From positions 15,810,001-15,874,000 of the forward strand of contig OY740803.1 in assembly GCA_963514005.1 (NCBI GenBank): 64,000 bases of DNA, given 5' to 3'. This DNA comes from Raja brachyura. Its lineage: Eukaryota. Below, one piece after another: positions 52,093 to 64,000 of this stretch. The notes below the pieces were generated by a model. The model did no database searches and was not told where the DNA came from. It worked only from the letters and a program-made list of their open reading frames with translations. Numbering within the stretch: position 1 is the first letter of the stretch; each line of letters starts with the position of its first letter. The position numbers and the translations under genes were made by a program.

Positions 52093-55000
52093 GTCCAATC
52101 AAAAACGATTCCAAAATATCGGTTTACATGTCAAAAAATCATTTTCGTTTTCTCGCGTAGATGGCACATGTTGGTCGGTGTCTGCAAGTTGGGTCGAAGG
52201 GCCTGTTTCCGCGCTGTATGATTCTATGCCTCTACTAACTTTGGTTCGATGCGTGATTTAGTCAGACTGATTTCCAACTCCAAATAAAGTATGAAGTTAA
52301 ATTAGCCTTGGGTGTAATTTAATACCAGCGCATGCTACAGTTAATTGTGGGGATATACATAGAGTTCACAGAAATTAATATGACTTCCTAATGTAATCTG
52401 TAAGGGAAAAATCATTGATGTCATACTTCTTTGAACACACGTGAGTGAGTAAATTGCATCATTTACTTCATACCCCACCATACCCCACAGATCTACGTAC
52501 ACCGTGCAGAAACATGGGTATAAACTCTACTCGCCAATGTAGTTACACAACTGTGACACGTTATTATGCTCCAGTTTCAACGCTAAACAGTAACTGATTA
52601 AATTGGAGAATGTGACAAACATCAAGGAAGTGTTATCCTTAAAGGCAGCCACGCTACGATACGGGAAAATCTAAGGCATTGGGAAATATTGGTCTGTAAA
52701 TTAATAGTTACCCGATCAGTTATGAACATGAATCTGAGGTTTGAGATGCAGAGTTCATGGTGATCGGGGTCGGTTATATGCCCATTGCCCTTAGCAATGC
52801 TTGGGGAGATTGTACATCGTAATAAACTCAATATGGAGAGTTACAAATCGATCACCCCCAGAGGATCAAATTATTTTTTAAAAGTGCTTTCTGTTTAATT
52901 TCTTGCAGCCAAAAACAAGGATTGTGTGTGGATCGGATTAAACCAGTCGTTAATTACTCTGAACTGTAATCAGTCCTCTATTAATTATCTATCAAGTGTA
53001 CTTGGCGAACATATCAGCAAACTTTCATTTGTTGGAAGGATTCGCTCACTCCAATTAAAGGAGGTATTATTCCGTCCTCTCCACTTCTCCCCGCCCAACT
53101 TTCCGGAAAAAAAAGATCTTGGAACACCTGCATGGAGGACGAAGAAGGAGCGTTTGGTTGGTTTTAAATTGGTTCAAGTCTGGAAACTGTTCCCAAACGT
53201 TGCGTGGTCATTCCTGCAACAACTCTGCATTTGCCGGGAAATGTGTCTCCAGTTTTGGAAGTTTATTAGTCACGCGTGTTAGGTCGTCGAAATCGCCCTC
53301 GCATCCACCCGTCAATTTTCTGTCAGATTCATGAATTGAAAATGAACCGAGCGCTGATCTGCCCGAACTGCGGCTGCTTTACAGAGCCGGGGCCATCCGT
53401 AAACTGATTAATGTGATACAATTAAAATCATTATCAAAGGAAATGAGATGACCGGAGAAGACAAAACGAAGACTGTCTGCTCCCATTTCGATGTAGATTT
53501 CAATCCACGCCTATTAAAAGGACGGAGTAGATTTACAAAACCGATATAAGTTGAATGAATATTTTACCTCACAAGCAGACATTCTGAGTGACACCAGAAC
53601 TTTACTCATTTATCATCCAGGCCCCGTCTGTGGCTCTTTCCTCATTATTCATTGTAGACCCATGAATGTTGCAAATTTACTGTAAAACTACCCAGTAACA
53701 TATTCCCTCCCGACCCCCGCCCCAACTATAGAAACAGCGGATAGACCCGTTTCTCGCCATCGCTTTGCCCGAACTCCAAAAAGAATGGGTCATTCCCGCT
53801 TTTGTTCCAAGGATTGACTACAGCAACAAAAAAAAACACTCAATTAATTATTTTATTGGGCTGTTTAAAGTGAGTCTGTTCCATTTTAAATGAATTATTG
53901 TTAATGTTAATTTCCACTTAAAATGGGGAGTACCATTCATATATTTACAATTTTTAAGCTGTAATGTTGTTTGTTAAAATGCTGAATCATTCCAAAAATA
54001 CTTTATAGAATCAAGAGATCAGGATCTGGTACTAAAAGTAAACCCGAGGATTTGCAGTTTAAGTGTTGATGTGTGTTTTGCGTTCAAAGTTGTTGAAGGT
54101 TGTAAAAAAGCACTGCGCGAGGCGCTCGCTCTCAGAAACACTCTTGATGAACAGACATCTTAATAAAGATAATACACTACAAAAAAAAAACATTTGTGAC
54201 TCATTTCACCCCGACCCAGAGGCCTAAATGACCGGAGACTCCACACTTGTTTTAATTGTCAATCAGATAGCGCATTAAAAAAATGCAACCTTCTGTTGAA
54301 TTACAGTGTCAGGATTTCAGATAGTTATTTTTAACCTCCGAGAAATCACAGCGAACAATATAAACCGATCGAAATATGATCAACAGATATAAGATATTAA
54401 AGGACATTTATTTCCACAACTGTGGATAATCTAAATACATAATGGAATTGGACGGGGATTCTGATCATTTAATTACCACAAAATGATATTTGAAATGTTT
54501 CATATTTACCACTGTACATGCAAATAGACGTTTAAAGTTATTAGTTGCTGTGAATTAGGTTCATCCACAACGGAGCTAAATCTAGTTTCAAACAAAGTTT
54601 GATAACGGATGTCAAACTATGTATAACGTGACGCATTGGACATTCTAGCGCCGAATGTTTCATAAATCAGGCTAATTAAACAAAGGAACTTCCAATCGAC
54701 AATGAATGGAAAAATGATACATCGATGCCGGAATTCAGTTGGCTTTGTCCCCTTTGTGCAAATGTCGGTAACTTTTGAGATTGTCCCCTCATCTCCGGCA
54801 TCCGCATATCCTCTAGATTTTGGTTTCGTCCACGAATTAGCCGAGAGATTAATACTTTATAAAATAGAATTCCTTACATTTATTTAATCTAGCCCGTCTG
54901 CCCCGTCTGTTAATAGTGTTGCCTCTGCACCAGTCTCCCCATGCCGCTCTCAATATCAATTACCGAGGTACGTTTTCTACTTGAAACTGATGAGAACCGC

Positions 55001-55379
55001 CGTGAGGAATGTTACGGTCGACCTACACAAAGTCAGGAGCCTATCTCGGGGTAAGCTGCTCGTTCGGGTTCGATTCACTCATTTCCGTCAGTAGCGGGAG
55101 AAGTCAGGGTGTGTTAAATGCAGCTTTCCGGTGCGATTGTGGGCAAGTTTCACTCTGGCACGCTTGCTGGTTTGGGGATAGGCTTAGGACCAGCCGGCAC
55201 TTACCAAATACGGCCAGCGTATACTTTTTTTTAAATAAAAAGGTACTGTAATGTATCGAGCGATAGATGGGTGGCGCGATGGTCAGGGAGTGTTGTAAAT
55301 AAACCCCTGGCAAAGTTGGACGGGGCTCCAACGCCAGGTGGGCATGACCGTCACGTTTACCTTTGATACCGACTCTGGG

Positions 55380-55441
55380 CCAATTGAGAAAGCAGAGGGG
55401 GCGGTCTGCGGGCGTGGCGGCCTTCGGCTTGCCCCGATTGG
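55380..55441 (+). promoter_or_regulatory. Candidate HS3ST3B1 proximal promoter (CCAAT boxes plus GC boxes)
   Basis: CCAAT at 55380, GGGGGCGG at 55397, GGGCGTGGC at 55410 and inverted ATTGG at 55437, all in CpG-rich sequence about 350-400 nt upstream of the ATG. Confidence 0.5.
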
Positions 55442-55712
55442 AGAAAGCGCTGAGCCCATGTCAGCTCATCTGCACTCAAACTCGCTCAGGAGTGGATGGT
55501 GGAGCCGTCGATCACCCGGTGTCACTCCAGCAGGCTTTCGGGGTGTAACATTAAGCTGGGGAATTAGAGCGAGAGTCAGCTCGAAGCGGGCGCAGGATAC
55601 AAGGGGGCCGGGCTGTTATCTCATTAGCCAGCGGTTGCTTTTCCAACGATGCGGCCACAACCAACAGGCTGGTGATCGCAATCCAGTGCTCGCACGCATC
55701 TCTTCCAGATGA

Positions 55713-56321
<609 letters not shown>

Positions 56322-59300
56322 TGAGTGATAGTCGTCGGGGTGTTGGCGAGGGGAGATATCCCAGCTCCGGTGGGGGGTGTGGGGGTGTGGGTGGGGAGTC
56401 GGGGGTAAAACTGATTGTCCCATCGTCTCCCGAGGCCGGGCAGGCGTTGTGGCACCAACAGCAAACGGTGTCACAAGCCGGGAGACTGCGGTCGCTTCAA
56501 CCCAGGCGGGGGGGGGGGGGGGGGGATGGGTTGATTCCGTTGTGAATGTGTTAATTCAAAATTGAAATAGTTGTGCGGATGTTGGCTGCTGTAACCGGCC
56601 GTCAGACTCCCGGCGCGGTTATTTGTTGCGCGGCTCCCAAACAAAAACTGCATCTCCTTTTGAAAACCCAACTCCATTTTCCCTCCTTTGGCGATAGTAT
56701 ATCATGATCAGAGTTCTAACCCACAGCCCGAGTGAAGCACATTCACACGTCCTTGTCAGACAAGTTTTAATGCAACCTTTGGTGGGGCAGCGAGAAGTAA
56801 TTTTAATACTCGCTGCTTACGGCTGTAATAAACCTGCGCTTTAATGTTCATACATTCCTACAGGCGATTTATGTTGCGTGTCATTTTTACATCTCCGCTG
56901 TCTGCAGAGAAGTTTGAGTTTGCTGGTGTGAACATAAAACGTCAGGATAACCTTTGTTTTATATAACACTGTCGACTGGTGGGTGCAAAATAATGCACTT
57001 GCCCAGCCCTTGTCCATTTTCACAAGTTTGAACCATATTCAATGATTGAAATAATAACTTGCGCGGATCGGCAGTCTGACTTAATAGTTATCGCCGGCCA
57101 ACCAAGAAAATCAAAAGGCACGAAGCTATAAATTTGGTACGGATGGTGACACACGCGAAGAAAGGGTTTCTCCAACTACAAAAGGCAGCTGGTGGCAATA
57201 TCTGTACGTTAAACTCTTTATTGCGATCTAGGGGTACGATTTGGCAAAAGCGTTCTTTCGGTGGGTTTGTCTGCAGTTTAATAAACCACGATTGAGTACA
57301 TCGCCGTCCACGCTGTCTGGAAATAAAGGAGCTCCACTTGGTCGAACGACTGACTGTCTATTCCTAATTTAGGTTGTAGTCTCAACTGATTATTTTCCCA
57401 GGATCGTACTTTTGGTGTGCACTGCGAATCGCGTGTGACTTCAATGTTGATGTGTGTGTGTGTGAACAGGGTGGGGGTGGGATGATCGAGAAAGATCATT
57501 AAAATAAGTTATGGTGCAAAACTCATTGGGTTAAAACTGTAGGGAGCCGAGGGCAGTGCGCTTTTATTTTTATAGTGCTCCGTAGTGGCCCAAGAACAGG
57601 GTATATTTTGTCAGTTCAAAAGGTGAAACCCAGCAGCCTTTTAGTGTAGATCCATCAAGTCAGGAAACGTCTCAGTAACACAAGCTGTGGGAATAACGCG
57701 GGATGCAGGGAAACAGGAGATTTCCCTCTTTCCAGCGAAACCCGCTGCTCTCTCAGCCGGCTGAAGATTCCTGTGAATGCATTCTGGAAGAGAGCCCTCA
57801 TTTCCAGCCCTCAAAGGACAGAGGGCAACCAAAAAAAAAAAATCTTCCCATAACCAATTTGCTCTCCGAGATGTCCCGTCCCCGCCAGTCACGGGGAGAT
57901 GAGAATGTTTGTGTAACTTGTGGCCGCTCTGATTTTAAACACATGTTCCGGACACATAATGACAGCCCGCCGCCTCGGCTCACCTGCGAAGTCTGGTCTC
58001 CCGGCTAATTTGCCCATTTAAGACGCACCCATTCGTGTCCCCGGCCAAGAAGATATTTCTCAGAACCCAGCCTTGGTAGAAAGTGACATGCAACTCGAGT
58101 TAAGAATCTAACCGGTAGAGCTGGTTTTTGCCCCATTTGTTCAAATTACAACAATACTCAAACACGGCTTTAGAGGTGCCTGCACTAATGAATTCTAGTG
58201 ATCTGATGATTGACAACAATTACTGGAAATTGCGTTTATCTTCTCTGAAGATTGTTGGCTTTACGCCCCGGCACAATGCCGATCGTTAGAATTGTGAAAT
58301 TGTAGATTCTTTCAAAACGAAGTTCCTCCAAAAATATATTTTCTTGGAGCTTTCGTGTTTTTGAAGATGTGGTTTAAATGTGTTGTTGGCGGGGACTGAT
58401 ATTGAAAGTGATTCGAGATGAACCGATTATGAGGAAGAGCCCCGCTTTTTTCTTCAAAGCTCGAGTCTAACAAAGCGGGTGAGAGGCAGGAGAGAGGGAG
58501 CGCGGGAGAAAAGTCCTTTCGCAAATTAAAAACTAAAACTAAATGACAACGTTGGGTTCGTAGTTGTTTTCAAAATATTGGAGTGTGTAGATTTAATTCT
58601 AGCTGGCGATGAAACGCTTCGTTTCATTTATTCTTCGGGTTGAAAGATTTGTTTCAATTGAGATAAGAAAACAAGGTGTCATTTCAGAGCTGGCGCGACC
58701 TCCAGAATCTGATGAGCGTTTTATTCTGATCTCTTTCACCCCCCCTCCACATACAAATACTTCCAATTGTCCTGTGTCTTCCAAAACGCCTCGGGGAGGG
58801 AAGACTTTGATGTAAAGTTTTGTATATGATGAAACGGCACTCTGCTTGAAAGGCAGAGAGTTTGGAGAAAGTTTCAGCTTCTAATGTCCCCCCCCCCCCC
58901 CCCCTCCCCTCCTGCTTTTGAGAATAGTGCACTAAATATGTCAAGCATTTCATAATCATTGTTCGCCATTATTGTTCTCCCATGAAGTGTATCCTACCGG
59001 AAAGTTATAATTAATTGTATAATTTGGAAGTCGTTAAAATACGATTTGTTTTTGTAAATATTGAGATTTATGGATTATTTGCTTAATTGCCCAAGGACAA
59101 GGATTTTAAAAATCGTCAGGGAAAATATAACCATGGATGTAAATACGTATTGTTCCTTAAAGTGGGTGGGGGGGGGGGAATAATCTGAATAAATAAAATC
59201 CCTACTTTAGCTGCAAGTGGCATTAAGGTAGACAAGTGGGGGTCATTGTTTCTTTCCAATATGTTCAATACATTACAACATTGAAGTGAGTGTGTGTGTG

Positions 59301-61483
59301 TACACGTGTACGAATTTTACAAAGGAATCTATATTTCTGATTAAGAAATGTTAGAAAACACATTGATTGGATCATGGAAAACGCGGGGCATGCTGTCCGG
59401 CAGTAGATTCGCGTGTAGTTCTTCTGGATTATGAGTAGTGGGGGGAAAAACGACAGTTAAGTAAATGTGTAGAATATTTACGTGGCGGAAATCCCGCTTT
59501 TTTGTTGTTGATTTTTTGCGCTTGCCTCAGACTGCGCCGTGGCGCACTCGTTTGTTGACTTGGATTGAGTGGAATGTAAATCAACATTAAACAACAACAA
59601 CAATAACAACAAAAGGAAAGGAAAACACATCTCTCCAAATGTCTGCGCCCTTCTCCCGGCTCTTCAGAGACATTTGTCTGGGACTCTCTGCTGTGAGAGC
59701 GCGGGAGAAGTGTCAACAAGTGCGGGTCCTCTGGATTATCATTAGATGGAAAACACTTCAGCTGCACTCCAGGAAGAACTGGAAGTCCATTTTAAACTGA
59801 ATTTGAATAAGATGGGCAACTTTAGAAATGGAACGAAAGTCTTTCCCATTACACCTCCCGCAATAGAAAGAATAGGGACCGGGATAGAAGGCTTAACACT
59901 ATTGACGTATTTGGCAATACATTTCAGTTCAAACTAATCTCTTCTGCTAATTTTGCCCACCGAAAATGCACAAATTTGCTAATTAAATTTCAGAAGACTA
60001 CCCCACTTGGTTACTTAATTACACTCCCTACACAATCCAAAGCATATGTGAGTTTAACTTGGCAACATGTTCGGCACATAGTTTGTGGGCCGAGGGACCT
60101 GTTCTTGTGCTGTACTTTAGCATTTTCTATGCGCATCCCACTGTCAATCCATTTCGGGCAGGTATGCGCCCTAGCTGAGCGAGAAAACTAAAATAAATGG
60201 CTCGGTCAACAGCAGTCCCAATGGACTGCCGGAGAGTGGAGTGTTTAAGTTTGTTTCTATTTACTCTCATAACATAGAACAGTTGTTTCCACCTTACCCC
60301 CCCCCCCCCCCCCCCCCCCCAAACAAAACCTTTGGACGGAGGTGGGAAACGAAATAAACAAGAGTGTCCATCTGCCAGGGTTTGGTCGGCTGCTTAATGT
60401 TTAGTTGGGAGATCATTGTAATCCGGCCCAACAGCGAGCGCCGGCTAATTATAACGGGTCTATGGGCTGTTGCGGTCAGATACTGATGGTTTAGCCCGGG
60501 ACTCGTTTATCAACAGAGACCAAGGGAATCAATCGGGTGAAAAGTTGCTCCATACTGTATGTCAATCTGGAATAGCGTTGTGTCTTCTGAAATTGGATCG
60601 CGACCACAGATCCTTCGTCCCTTTGACCCGAAGAGCAACTAATTAGCAAACTAGAGTTTACTCAAAGTTCTTCTATTCCGGTGTCCATGGTGTTTATTAA
60701 TATTAGTATTTTAAAATAGACGGAATAATGTCTCCTGTTGCTCCAACGTCCAGTTGCCATTTAGACTAAAACACCCACGGTTTGCCCTCTATATTAATTG
60801 GGTAGATGCTTTACAGGCAAATGAAATAGGTTGACATATCCAAAATCGGTACATTTTAATCGAAATTCATAACGGGCTGAAGGTTTGCTATTGACATTGC
60901 GTTTGTTTTTGAAGGTTTGTTGTGGGGGAGAGGGGGGGGGGGGGGGGGGGTTGCGCGGTTTAAACCTCGTTTTTCTTGCAGTGGTATAAATAGCCTGTGT
61001 TCAGAGGGCGGGCGGCGAGGCAGCTCGCTGTGAGTTCTCCGGACAGATGGCCATGTTCATCCCGTGCCGCTGCTGCCACCGTCAGGCGGTGCCGATGCAC
61101 GTCCTCAACGCTCGTTCTTTCCACAGCCAACAAGTGCCGACCGACCCCCCTCAACAAATAGGAACTCAAAAAAAAAGGGGGGGGGGGGAGAGAGAGACAA
61201 GTCTTCACTCCATCCCAAAGGATCGAGTTTGTTTCTGCCTCGCCTGTAGGAGTCTTGAAATTTAACTCCACAACCCTTTTCCTGCCTGCGAATGGCATCT
61301 CTACCCTGCCACGCTACCAAAAAAGCATATTCCAACCAAGTGAAGAGAGAGTCAAGAGTGTTTAACTGCCATGTACACCGGGACGGGGAAAAAAATGAAA
61401 TTCTTACTTGTTGCAACTTTACAGGCACTGTTTATAGAGTAGACACCAGTCGCATTCCAAAGTCACATGGATGTGAATACGAG

Positions 61484-61739
61484 TGGCACCGCGGTACAGT
61501 TGCTGCCCAGCACCAAGACATGGGTTCAATCCTGATTAGCACGGAGTTTGCACGTTCTTCCTGAGACCGCGTGGGTTTTCTGCGGGTGCTTTGATTTCCA
61601 CCCACACTCCAAAGACGTATACGTTTTGAGATTAATTGGCTTCGGTAAGGATTGTCCCTCGTGTGCAGGATAGTGTGAGTGTAGGGGCATCACTGGTTGT
61701 CGTGGACTCTGCGCTGTATCTCTAAAGTAAAAGTCTAAA
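61484..61739 (+). mobile_element. HE1-like V-SINE in HS3ST3B1 intron 1
   Basis: ggttcaatcctga, ggagtttgcacgttct...gcgtgggttttctgcgggtgct and ctgtatctctaaa tail. Confidence 0.8.
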
Positions 61740-64000
61740 GATCCACAACAATGCAAATTGCTAAGTTAGCAATTGGCAGCTGGGGAGAATAGTGGGGAAT
61801 GGAGTGGCTAAGAGGTGCCACAGACTTGATGGACCAAATGGGATCTTAATGTCCTAAGGAAATCTTACAAATTGACGATTTGTGCGACTGGGAATTGAGA
61901 GCTGGAAGGTTTCTCTTTATTTCTCAAACTAGCCCTATTTGAGAGGTTGTCCAGTTTCCTGTGGTGATCTCCCCATCTGTGTGCGAGGCGGAGGCAGGGA
62001 CAGGAGGGTTTACTCGGACCATCCTGAGGTCTTTGCTAAGCATTCAGTAACATGAAACTACCCCCCCCCCCCCCCTCTATTACTAACTTTTTAGAAAATA
62101 ACAGCGGTAAGTTTTAGAAAGATAGAATAACTTTGAACTAATATCTGTAACAAGGAACACCGACTGGTCTAAATCCAGTGGGAAATGAACGGTTGCAGAA
62201 ATTTATATCCCTGGAAAGGATTTTAACCCATGCTTGCATTGGCGTTTGAAAGAATAAATCATTTGTCCTCAACAGTCCCTTTCAAAGAGTTGTAGGATAG
62301 CTGAGTATTTGCAAACATACACTTCCGCTTTGGAAAACATTGGCTTGACTTGGTAATTGTAATTGGTTGCCAACCATTATTTTCAGTAATGTGTCGGAAG
62401 GAAGTGCAGATACTGGTTTACACCGAAGATAGACACTAAATGTTGGAGTAACTCAGCGGGTCAGGCAGCATCTCTGGAGAGAAGGAATGGGTGACACTTC
62501 GGTTCGAGACCTTTCTTCAGTTTGATTCAACACTTTTTTTTTGCTGGGCCAGTTTTGTGCGGCTGAAACCAAATAAAGATTATTGTTCAAACCCTTGGAA
62601 ATCTGAAAGTATAAGTGTCTCTGGTTAGAATTGTAATCTCATTGTAGTTTAATAGTGTGAGAGGACAATGATGTGACTCAGTCTTGCAGAAGGGTCTCGA
62701 CCAAAACGTCACCCATTCCTTCTCTCTTCTCTCGCCTGTCCCGCTGAGTTATTTTGTGCCCATTTACATTCCCTTCTAAGAATGGGATGGACAGTTTGCA
62801 ACGGAGAATGTAAGAGTAGTGAGGTAGGGGCCCGCCAATGGTAAGGCACAGATTACCAATGTAATGCCATTTGACTTATGGAGCAGGAATGGGGTGTGGT
62901 GTTTGGGGCAGAGAGGGGGAGGCTGCGGAGAGTCGGGCGTGGTGAAGGCATGTTAGTAGCATCAGCTGCCATCAGCGATTGGAATCCAGTGGGTAAACAT
63001 CCTCGCTTGTAGGGTTACATAGAAATTAATGCCATTCTTATTGCTGATGAGCCGCAGACCAGTATACCCTTGAGGGACTTGTGCCTTGCCAATAATAGAT
63101 GTATGTGACATCAATGTCGATATATGTACACCATACAGGCCATTGGTGGAGAATGGACACTACTTGGGCTTGGCTCCTGATCCCCTTGTGATGAACAGTA
63201 GTGTGGGAGAAGGAAAGGAAAGACAATGTATTTCACGTTTCAGTAAGTTCCAGTGTGAAGAATAAAATCTAACTTCATTATAAAAAGAAAAGCCCAGAGT
63301 GTTTGATTCATTTTCTTTGCTGGGGCCAGTTTTGTTCTGCTGTAACCTAATAAGGATTCTTGTTCAGATCCTAGGTAACCTGGATGTATGAATGCATCTG
63401 GTTAGAATATTAATCTCATTGTAGTTTAATAGTGTGAAAGGACAACAGTGTGACTCACCGATACCTTAATTAACTAGAATGATTTGTGTGTTAAATTCCA
63501 AGTCCCTTATCAGAACCTGTACTGTGTGCCAACTTTGGAGCCATGGAAACTTGTTTTATTGAAGCAAATATCCTTATATCCTGGGGCTTCAATAGGCATT
63601 GCAGATATATTTACATGTGACTATATACATTTAAAATAATAGCATAAATTAAGAGATAATAGTATAATTCTATGCAATAGGCATTTTCTTTCAATTCATG
63701 TATCGTGCATTGTTTAAATTGTATTTTCAAAACCATTGGAGCAGATCTCATTAAAGGGAACATAAACGCAGCACACTCTATTGTAGCATTGTTGCTCCCA
63801 ATGTGGCAGATCCACTGTGTTGCTGAAACTTAGGATCCAATTATATACTTAATGAATTGTTTGTATTTGGGGACCATCGCTTGTGCTAGAGGAAGGACTC
63901 GGTGTAACTTTTGTCCAGGAGATTACAGAAGGCACCTTTACCGAAAACATTGTAAATGCCAAACAACATAAGTGGATGGGCGATGGGTAAACGACCTGCC

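Noticed and set aside
60297-60320. Long poly-C/poly-G runs (also about 56509, 58888, 60932, 62061)
   Set aside because: Simple homopolymers of unreliable length, with no evidence of function.

Overview
This is vertebrate (eukaryotic) genomic DNA, not prokaryotic. The repeat content (HE1-type V-SINEs, CR1/HER1-like LINEs, Deu-domain SINE remnants) points to a cartilaginous fish, probably a skate or ray; that species assignment is an inference. The window holds the last three coding exons of COX10 (22596-22666, 32888-33120, 39767-40191, + strand) and, about 15.6 kb downstream, the promoter region and first coding exon of HS3ST3B1 (55788-56320, + strand). This is the same gene order as human 17p12. 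The rest is intronic or intergenic and rich in CR1, Rex1/Babar, V-SINE, Penelope-derived and TIR elements, plus one probable Helitron. Four observations stand out. (1) A family of about 15 short Penelope-derived inserts carries a minimal hammerhead-ribozyme motif; several have their own target-site duplications and several are head-to-head palindromes, and one longer copy keeps the GIY-YIG endonuclease C-terminus. (2) A 2-kb tandem duplication in COX10 intron 5 has a deleted middle replaced by serial snap-back templated insertions. (3) Upstream and overlapping uORFs are stacked before HS3ST3B1. (4) A CpG-retaining domain of about 17 kb surrounds HS3ST3B1. Exon coordinates were read base by base; repeat boundaries are approximate.
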